From the human T2T-CHM13v2.0 reference genome, Homo sapiens, in NCBI RefSeq assembly GCF_009914755.1, contig NC_060925.1: DNA of 64,000 bases. One strand, 5' to 3'. Made by a program: the position numbers and the translations under genes. Numbering within the stretch: the stretch's first letter is position 1; each line of letters starts with the position of its first letter. The notes below the pieces were generated by a model that ran no database searches, was not told the DNA's origin, and worked only from the letters and a program-made list of their open reading frames with translations. Below, one piece after another: positions 17,123 through 27,457 of the stretch.

Positions 17123-18946
17123 CTAGCTACTTCCTGATGGATAGGGGTGAAGAAGGGGCCCTGCAATTGTAGTGTCCTCCAGAGGGGAACTCTCTAGGCC
17201 AGTCAAAGGGCCACTGGGTCAGTCCAGGGGTCCTCGGTAGAAGTTGTGAGTTGAGCTCATTTGGGGTTCCATTTGTAAGACCATCTGTAGCTTGATGGCC
17301 TCAATCCTGGAGGTAACAAATTTGACAAGCAGGTAAAAAATACAGGGCCTGAAGGCGAGTAATAGCAAAATGGCTGTCACAGGACCTAGAAAAGGGAGAA
17401 GCCATGTCACCCAACTCCAGAAGTTGGTATAAGAGTCTGAAAGGCATTGTCTGATTTCAGAAGCCTTTTCCTGTAAATGCCAGGCAGCGTCTCATACTCT
17501 CCCTGACTGGTTAGTGTAAAAACAACACTCTTCACCTAAAAAGGTGCAGAGTCCTCCTTTCTCAGCCATGAGGAAGTCTAGGCCTCAGCAGTTTTGGAGA
17601 GTCAAAGAGTCTGCTGCCAAAGAGTCTATTTGGGATTGTAGAGTAAGGATAGATTTAGTTATTTCTTGCAAACTGTCTGAGAAATCCTTTGAGAATGTGT
17701 GGTAGTAGGATAGCGAAGTGGACAAACCTGCTACTCTGGTTCCTGTAGTAGTGGCCATCCCTAAACCTATAAGTAGGGGTATTACTTGTATGGCCCTGCA
17801 CTGACAGACTTGAGCTTTGAGGGGCACTGATAGGTTCTGATTTCCTGGGGCATTGTGAATGTTGGGACTTAGGAAGATTAAGGTACAAGTGCCTGTCCAG
17901 TTGGTGGGGAGGCAGATATAGGTTGAAGTTCCATGTAAGAAGAATATGCCTTGGCTGGGTAGACAGAACAGGTTGTGTATGTTGAAAAGGTGTGTGAGTT
18001 TGTTGTTTTCATTTTCCCATACTCCTAGAGTACTTGCCAAGGTAGCTCCAGAGCAGCTGAAAAGGGGTGTTGGGAGCAAATTGAGTGGCTCCCTGTGTTC
18101 TATTTTCCCATTGGAGAAAAAAACCATTTTGTATCTACTAGGAACCATTCAAGGGAGTGATTGAAAGAGGGGATGAGAAGGCATTCATTAGTGGTGGGAG
18201 CGCTGCTGCAGGGGGTCCAGGGTGAATGGTCATGCAGGGAGTATGTTTGCCATTAAAAAACCTGGACTGTTTATTAAGCAGGGAGGAGGTGATAATTTTT
18301 GGAGGCCCTGAGAAGAAGGCAAGCTGTCTGAATGGAGCTGTTTGGGTGACTCGGAAGTTACTATGATCAGATGGGGCTTGAAGTTGTAGAATGTAATTAC
18401 ACTGATGGGATAGTAGATGCCCCAGGGGCAGGCCTAATAACAGGTCGCATTGGATGCATAAAAGGGCTTGGAAAGTTAAGATGGTATTTGTAGTTGCAGG
18501 GCTGTGTATGGGCTTTTCATTGCTCATGTAATAGGTGAGGTTGGAAATGTAAGAGTGTAAAAGTTGGATTGTGCATCCTGTTAGGGTATTCTAGGTCCTA
18601 TCAGAGATGGGGAAGTTGGCTAATGATTGCATATTTGGAATTTGGAAAGGGTCTTTTCCTTCATAAGAGGGATGGTAGGTTAAGTTGGTAAAGACCCAGT
18701 TTTTTGCAGGAACAGGAGTGGCAACGTAAGCATGCCTGATAGAGAGATGCAAAGCTAACAGTCATTTGCCAGGGAAGGACTGGACTGGTTTAACAGAGAG
18801 TGGGTTAAGTTTAGAGTCTTGTAGAGGTAACTAGGAGCTAGTGGAAGGGGAGGGGCAACTATGTGGGGTATCCAAGTAGGCAGGAGGGATAGATAGGCAA
18901 AGAGTAAGTAGGAAGGTAAAGAGGGTGCCCTGAAAGATGAGATCAT
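17123..18946 (-). pseudogene. env: ERV9 env pseudogene with SU and TM present
   Basis: Signal peptide MISSFRAPSLPSYLLFAYLSLL; C*LC (CWLC); fusion peptide AIQVIPLLIGLG; [20 protein letters not shown]...CC; TM/tail WLLPFLGP...IEAIKLQMVLQMEP; several stops and frameshifts. Confidence 0.92.
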
Positions 18947-19157
18947 TTTATCCAGTCTGAGTTAATGGTAGGAGTAAATTGCTGTCAGAAGGAAGGATGA
19001 TAGAAGAAAGGTTGATGTGATTAGGATTTCATCCTGGAGCTACAGTATATAGTCCTACTGCAAAGAGTACAGCTAGTATCCTGGTTAATAATGTGATGAA
19101 ACAGTAAAAGGATTCCATTAAAGGGGCAAGGAGAGGTGTTAAAGATTATGTAGGTTT

Positions 19158-22100
19158 TCACTTATCTTTTTTAAGTAGGAAGGGGTTTTTCTTCAGGATC
19201 GGCTGTAGGAGTCTTTTTAGTCTGGGATGTTTCTTTCCAAAATAGAAGACACAAGTCCTCCAATGGCTCACAGGTGTATCGAGGCTGGTCTGGCTGATAA
19301 TGGGACTCCTGAGCTCTCGGTCCCGCAGGTTCTTCAGGGGGTGTCCAAAGTTTAAATCGGTGTGGTGAATCCAAGATTCCACTCCTGCCACCTTAACTGC
19401 AGTGGGGGTAGAGAGGATTACCGAGTATGGTCCTTCCCACAAAGAATCCATAGATAGGGAGATAGAGGGGAGGGATTCAAACAACACTAGATCTCCTGGT
19501 TGAAATAACACCGTTTCCTGTTCTCTGTGACATCCTTCACATAGGATTTAAGTTTTGTTGATATTTTGCCAAAGAAGTTATATCTTTGACCAAGTTGGCC
19601 ATTTTCTGATCAAGTAGGAGGTCATTTGTGAGAAAAGGTCATCCATACAGCATTTCATGTGGACTGAACCCCATTTCTTGAGGAGAATTTCGGATTCTCA
19701 ACAAGGCCATGGGGAAAAGAATAGGCCATGGGAGATGAGTTTCTTGAGTTAGTTTCCTTAGGTGCCTCTTGATGTTTCATTTGCCTTCTCAACCTTCCCT
19801 GAGGATTGTGGCCTCCAGGTGCAGTGAACGTGATATTGTATCCCTAGCACCCTGGAAATTCCCTGGGTTATTGTGGCTTTAAAAGCTGGACTGTTGTTGC
19901 TTCGTAAGCTTTAGGGAAGTTCAAATCTAGAAATTATTTCATAAATTAGGACTCTAACCACTTCCTGAGACTTCTCTGTCTTGCAGGGGAAGGCTTCTAT
20001 CCAATTTGTAAAGGTATCAACACAGATCAACAAGTATTGAAATCCCCTTGACTTAGGCATATGGGTGAAGTCTAACTGCCAGTCCTCTCCGGGATAGTGC
20101 CCTATTCTTTGTTTTCCCAGAGGGGCCTTAAGATAGACCAAGGGATTATTCCTTTGGCACACCTCACAGGCTTTGACTACTTGTCGGATGGTCCAGAGGA
20201 GATTTGGCCCTGTAAACAGGGATTTAGCCATTTGATGAGTGTTCTCAATACCCATATGAATAGTTTGGTGGAGGGGCTTAAGTATTTTCCACTGGCTGAC
20301 TTCGGGTATGAGTACCTTTCCCTCTTCTGTCATTAACCACCCTGAGGGGAGAAAACTATGCCCCCGTGAAAGTCCCCATTTTGTTTCAATTGGGGAATAC
20401 TGGGGCTTAATCTCTTGGAGAGGGTTGTTCCATACCAAGTGTCCTTCCATAGGTATTTCTAATGGGAAGTTCTGCTTGGCAGCAATTTTGGCCTCAGCGT
20501 CTGCCCGATGGTTTCCTTCTGCCTTTTCTCCTTCACCTTTCTGATGGCTTTGGCAGTGTAAGACTGCTACCTCCTTGGGTTTTTGCACTGCATGCAATAA
20601 CTCCATGATTTCCATGTGGTATTTAATGGGGGTTCCCCCAGAGGTTAGGAACTCCCTTTCTTTCCACATTGCAGCATGAGCATGTAGGATTAGATAAGCA
20701 TACATGCTATCTGTATACACATTTATTCTTTTTCCCTTTTCCAGTTCTAAGGCTCAGGTAAGCACTACTAGTTCTGCTAACTGGGCACTGGTCCCTGGGG
20801 GAAGAGGCTTACTTTCAAGTACTGTTACATCACTAACTACGGCATAACCTGCCCTTTGTTTCCCATTCTCCACAAATGAACTTCCATCAATATATAGGTT
20901 AAAGTCAGGATTAACTAAGGGGACTTCTAAAAGATCCTCTCAGGTGGCATAAGTCTGGGCTACAATTTGTTGGCAGTCATGCTCGATTGGTTCCCCATCC
21001 TCTGGGAAAAAAGTGGCAGGGTTGAGGGCTGCACACATGCGTATTTGAAGCACTAGTCCCTCAAGGAGTAGTGCCTGGTATCTAAGCAGGCCATTGTCTG
21101 ATAGCCATAAACTTCCTTTGGCACCTAGTATGCCATTTACGTCATGAGTAGTCCAGACAGTTAGATCCTTTCCTTGTATTATTTTGATAGCCTCTGATAC
21201 TAAAATGGCCACCACTGCAACTACTCATAAACAGTGAGGCCAGCCTTTTGCTACTACATCAATTTCCTTACTTAAGGCCTGACCATCTCACTGTATCAGG
21301 GGATCTATAGTAGGCAAAAGCCAGTGATTCCAAGGAACCCCCACAAATGTTTTAATGTCTTAGGGCAAGGATAAGCCAGTATAGGCTGTATTCCTTCCTT
21401 GCTGAAGGCCCTGGCTCCTCTGGCTAAGATTATGCCTAGATATTTGACTTGTTGTAGGCAGAGCTGGGCCTTTGATTGAGACCTCTTGTACCCTTCATTA
21501 GCTAGAAAGTTCAAGAGATCTAGAGTAGCCTGCTGGTATGAGGCTTCTGAACTGGTAGACAAAAGTAAATCATCCACATACCGAAGCATCAGAATGCCTG
21601 GACTTGAGAAGTGGCCTAGATCTTAGGCCAGTGCCTGACCAAACGGATGAGGGCTATCCCTAAACCCTTGAGGCAAGACCGTCCATGTAAGTTTGGATGG
21701 GTGTTCTGCGGGATCCTCAAAGGCAAAGAGAAACTGGGAGTCAGAGTGCAAGACACTGCAGAAGAAGGTATCCTTGAGATCCAGAACAGTGAACCATTCT
21801 GCTTCCTCTGATATTTGAGAGGGCAGGGTATAGGGGTTGGGTACAGCTGGATATAGAGGAATTACTGCCTCATTGATGAGTCTAAGATCTTGCACTAGTC
21901 TCCACTGACCATTCAGTTTTTGTACTCCTAGAATTGGGGTGTTGCAGTGACTGTTGCATTTTCTTACTAAGACTTGAGCTTTTAAATGTCTAATAATATC
22001 CTGTAATCCTTTATAAGCTTCAGGCCTTAAGGGATATTGCCTTTGATAAGGAAAAGTGGTGGGGTCTTTTAGCCTGATTTGGACTGGGTGGACATTTTTT

Positions 22101-22516
22101 GCCCTTCAAAATTGTCCTTTCAATGCCCAGACTTCAGGGTTGATTCCCTCCTCAAATAGGGGACAACAAATGGGTATCTTGTCCCCCATATTCATGTAGA
22201 TAATAGCTCCAGCTTTGGCTAATATGTCCCTCCCTAATAAGGGTGTGAGACTTTCAGGCATAACAAGAAAGGCATGTGAAAAGAGCAAAGTCTCCCAATT
22301 ACAACTGAGGAGGTGGGAGAAACACCTGGTTACAGGCTGTCCCAGGATCCCTCAGATGGTAATGGACCTTGAAGACAGTCGTCCAGGGCAGGAGATTAAC
22401 ACTGAGAAGGCTGCACCAGTGTCCAGGAGGACATCAATTTCCTGGCCCTCAATGATTAAACATACACAGGGCTCAGTGAGGGTGATGACATGAGCTGGAG
22501 CTTGCCCTGGGCACCC
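19158..22516 (-). pseudogene. pol: ERV9 pro-pol pseudogene (PR, RT, RNase H, IN)
   Basis: LLDTGA protease motif near 22410-22430; QDLR...LPQGFRDSP; YVDD (ORF 21305-21589); YTDS RNase H and HHCC/WQLDF integrase (ORF 19911-20720); WEGPY; internal deletion near 21275-21300. Confidence 0.95.
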
Positions 22517-23827
22517 TCAGTCATATTGTTGGATCATCTGGCCCACAGAACCTTTGTACTCTGCAGTGTGCCTTCCAGTGATTGCCTTGGCATAGTGGAC
22601 ATGGGTGAGGGGGCAGCTCGTTTTTCATCGGACAATCTTTTTTAAGGTGTCCTTGCAAACCACACTGATAACCAGCCCTACCAAGTGATTGGCCTGCTCC
22701 ATTTCTGTCCTCTCTGAACCACCACGGTTTGTTTGTCTGAGGGCCACAACTAAGGCTGTGGCCTTTCTCTGAACTCACTTTTCCTTTTCAGCCTGTTCCT
22801 CTTGGTCCCTGTTACAGAACACCGAGGTTGCCAGGTTTAATAATGCTTCCAGATTTTGTTCAGGGCCAGGGCTCTTTGAGGATCAATTGACCCTTGACAA
22901 AGTCGGGTGACAGGGAAGTTTATTTTCTTAAGGCCTCCCATAGCCACTCAAGGAAGGCAGAAGGATTTTCTTGCTTTCCCTGAGTTATGGTGGACATCAC
23001 TGAATAATTCATGGGTTTTTTTTTCTAATTCTCCTTAGTCCTTCTAGGACACAAGTCAACAGATGTTTTTCACTCTAGTCCCCATGATCTGAGTCTAGGT
23101 CCCAGCTGGAATCCATACTGGGGACAACTTGCTAACTAGTAGGGAATTTGTCCCTTTCTTCAGCTGTCATTCTATCATTTACTTGACTAAGATACAAGGT
23201 ATCTCCAAACTCGGGCTGGAGCTAAAGTCACATTCTTTTCATTAAAGGCCAGGGTTTGATCTAACAATAGCATGACATCTCTCCAAATGAGGCCGAAGGT
23301 TTTCCCTAGACCCTTTAGGACATCTATATACCTATCAGGATAATCTGAAAATGTCCCCAGGTCTACCTTGATCTGCTTTAAATCAGAGAAGGAGAAGGGG
23401 ACATGTACCTGGGTTGGGCCAAATTACCCTCCCCCTACAGCTTGAAGGGCACATAAGTGATAGCCTGGGGGGTTTTGTGATCCCTTGGAGATTTCTTTGC
23501 TTGTTCCCTTCTGGGTGGGGGAGATTAGAGGAAGTTTATCATTAATAGGATGGGGAGCTGTAGGGAGGCAAGGATATGGAAGTAAGCTGAGAGGTCCTCC
23601 TGTAGGATATAAATTGCAAGCTTTGCATAGTTGTGGATTCTCCTTCATAGTACCTAATTTATGCTTCCCTGAGGTGGCCATTTTTCCCCATCAGAGAATA
23701 CTGGGGCCAGGCTGTAGTGCAGAAAAAAAATAAGCTGCTTATTTTTCAGGGTTTGTGGATCAAATTGATCCCAAAGGCTTAGGATGCATTTCAAGGGTGA
23801 GCCTGTTGATGCCTGAGTGTTTCCCAT
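22517..23827 (-). pseudogene. gag: ERV9 gag pseudogene
   Basis: ATG at 23827 (MGNTQASTGSPLKCIL), directly after a ttttttctttcag acceptor; zinc knuckle-like YQCGLQGHLKKDC and CPLCQGNHWKAHC; deletions and stops. Confidence 0.9.
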
Positions 23828-24325
23828 CTGAAAGAAAAAACTGCCTACAGTTTTGGTTTGCTTGTTTGTTTTTCCCCCTGCCCAAGAACCTGCAATGGTC
23901 CCTGGACCCTGCTGTTCGGAACAGTTGCACTCACTGAAGCAGCAGAGGAAACACTAGTTTTCCTCAGAGACCACAAAGAGGACCAAGGAATGTCGGATTT
24001 AGTGGCCCTTATCAATGCATTCTCGAAAATCTTAGGACACAAAGAGAACAAAGAAAAATCGGATTTAGTGGCCATTACCATTGCATTCTCAAAAACCTGT
24101 TAGAGTCCTAACAATTCTCCTGTTAGTAATGGGACCTTACCCTTGTCCTATGAAGATGATATGCCTCAAAATGGAGTGGAGGGCCATACCCTGAGGGAGG
24201 GAAGGGATAACTAAGGTTGGAAGAGTGAGGCCTTTTGTTCTCACTTCTCATCATATCAATGGGAAGGTTAAAATTTCTGAGGCTCTCAATATCCTAGCTT
24301 CAGGAATAGCCTTTGTTAGGCCTTC

Positions 24326-25285
24326 TGTAGGGGTGGGTTGCCCCTCTACACCTGTGGGTGTTTCTCGTAAGGTGGGATGAGAGATTTGGAAAAGAAAAAG
24401 ACACAGAGACAAAGTATAGAGAAAGAAATAAGGGGACCCGGGGAACCAGCGTTCAGCATATGGAGGATCCCGCCAGCCTCTGAGTTCCCTTAGTATTTAT
24501 TGATCATTTGTGGGTGTTTCTCGAAGAGGGGGATGTGTCAGGGTCACAAGACAATTGTGGGGAGAGGGTCAGCAGACAAACACATGAACAAAGGTCTTTG
24601 CATCATAGACAATGTAAAGGATTAAGTGCTGTGCTTTTAGATATGCATACACATAAACATCTCAATGCTTTACAAAGCAGCATTGCTGCCCGCAGGTCCC
24701 ACCTCCAGCCCTAAGGCGGTTTTTCCCTATCTCAGTAGATGGACCATACAATCGGGTTTTATACGGAGACATTCCATTGCCCAGGGACAGGCAGGAGACA
24801 GATGCCTTCCTCTTGTCTCAACTGCAAGAGGCATTCCTTCCTCTTTTACTAATCCTCCTCAGCACAGACCCTTTACGGATGTCGGGCTGGGGGACGGTCA
24901 GGTCTTTCCCTTCCCATGAGGCCATATTTCAGACTATCACATGGGGAGAAACCTTGGACAATACCTGGCTTTCCTAGGCAGAGGTCCCTGCGGCCTTCTG
25001 CAGTTTTTGTGTCCCTGGGTACTTGAGATTAGGGAGTGGTGATGACTCTTAAGGAGCATGCTGCCTTCAAGCATCTGTTTAACAAAGCACATCTTGCACC
25101 GCCCTTAATCCATTCAACTCTGAGTTGACACAGCACATGTTTCAGAGAGCACGGGGTTGGGGGTAAGGTCACAGAATCTCAAGGCAGAAGAATTTTTCTT
25201 AGTACATAACAAAATGGAGTCTCCTATGTCTACTTCTTTCTACACAGACACAGTAACAATCTGATCTCTCTTGCTTTTCCCCACA
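24326..25285 (-). mobile_element. HERV-K(HML-2) LTR5_Hs solo LTR, 960 bp
   Basis: Minus strand TGTGGGGAAAAGCAAGAGAGATCAG ... GGGGCAACCCACCCCTACA; TSD CCTTC (24321-24325 / 25286-25290); TATAAAA at 24757-24763 and AATAAA at 24496-24501. Confidence 0.97.
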
Positions 25286-25952
25286 CCTTCTAGTCTAAGG
25301 AGAGATCCTGAAATTCCAGATAGTCCCCCACCAACGGGGTTTTGGGCAAAAATTACGTCCTTTAGATTGGTGAGCCCAGGTGCCTAAAGAAGGGAACAGA
25401 GTCCCAAAATTTATACTAGAAATCATTCTTATAGGAGAAACTAGAAGAGCACCAGGGACAGGGAGTGGTTTTTTAGAAGTGGGACTAGCCTCTGAGAAGA
25501 GAGGTGGGAGGAATTTTGTCTGACAGGCATTAGGACCCAGGAGGCAAGAGTCAGGGTAGATAGGAAAGATGGGTGAGTCTCACTTAGGCAACGTAACTTT
25601 GAGAGTTCTGCTCATGGCTGCAGGGTCAACTAACTTTTTGTTGGGACCCTGGAGCTGAATGGCTTTCCTCTCTGTTGACCCTTGGCTCAGCCCAGAAGTG
25701 CAGGAAAAGTGGAAGCTGGTTCCACACAAACCAACGCTTCTGACTCCAAAGAGTTAAAGGTTGTTAGAGAGCCCTTTCCCAGAAAGCCTGACACCCGTGT
25801 CTTTAGTCCGGCAGCTGACAGGTGCCTAGTGTTTAGCCCTTGAATTCTAAAGAAAAATAGGACAGAATAGCAAGTGAAAGCATATCACTGTGTGGTGATA
25901 TCGTGGACAAGACCCCAAGATGACAATGCTGCCCTGGGGAGTGACAGACATC

Positions 25953-26146
25953 TGGCAACCTGCTCAGGTTCCCTTCCACACTGTGGAAGCTTTGTTCTTT
26001 CACTCTTCACAATAAATCTTGCTGCTGCTCACTCTTTGGGTCCGTGCCATCTTTAAGAGCTGTAACACTCACCACAAAGGTCTGTGGCTCCATTCTTGAA
26101 GTTAACAAGACCATGAACCCACCAGAAGGAACCAACTCCAGACACA
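25953..26146 (+). mobile_element. LTR12 R-U5 segment in inverted orientation forming the right end of the ERV9 insertion
   Basis: tggcaacctgctcagg...aataaatcttgctgctgctcactctttgggtcc...aactccagacaca, followed by TSD GCTG (26147-26150; left copy 16511-16514). Confidence 0.93.
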
Positions 26147-26996
<850 letters not shown>

Positions 26997-27099
26997 GTGT
27001 GGATGTCAATGGATAAAGCTGTGCTTCACCAAGCAATCTCTTGTTCTTTGATCAGGAAGAGAGCAGTGCGATGATGCAGGCACCCTAGGGACTCCAATT

Positions 27100-27360
27100 T
27101 TAACAAAGGAGATTTCCAGTTTTGGGGTATAGTATTGGCTGAGATTCAGGCTTCCCTGGTCTAGCATCATTGGTATGAGCTGAGGTATTTGTTTCCAGCA
27201 GTGGCAGTGGTGTGGACACCTCCTCCACAAGGGGATTTTGAGCCTGAATCTTTGGCCGTCCTTGGAATTCCATGCACTTCCTAAGATCCTTATTAAATTT
27301 CTTTTCTGTTTAACCTAGTAAGTGTGGATTCTGTGTTTTCAGCTAAGAACACAGGTGACA
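27100..27360 (+). mobile_element. Old MLT1-type MaLR LTR 3' part
   Basis: attaaatttcttttctgtttaacctagtaagtgtggattctgtgttttcagctaagaac matches MLT1 3' end pattern. Confidence 0.5.
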
Positions 27361-27457
27361 TATGGATCATCTGAGCTATGAAATGGTTTAGGTCAGTATC
27401 CTTGACCTATACAAGCCCCTCATCAGTAACCAACATAGTGGTCTTTCACCAACATAT

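Larger units (their letters stand above)
17067..25880 (-). mobile_element. HERV9 internal region (leader-gag-pol-env) lacking PBS and the first ~60 bp of leader
   Basis: Minus strand begins ctttcacttgctattctgtcctattttt...gccggactaaagacacgggtgtcaggctttctggg (ERV9 leader); no TGGCGACC-type PBS present. Confidence 0.9.

Noticed and set aside
19911-20720. 269-aa ORF, the longest in the window
   Set aside because: Residual RNase H/integrase stretch of a broken ERV9 pol, truncated within the catalytic core; not a host gene
23992-24099. About 40-bp direct repeat tcggatttagtggcc...gcattctc
   Set aside because: Appears to be an intrinsic repeat of the ERV9 leader
16515-26146. L1-mediated retroposition with 5' inversion as the origin of the odd ERV9
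   Set aside because: The 3' LTR retains full U5, there is no polyA tail, and the TSD is 4 bp at CA termini, all indicating integrase
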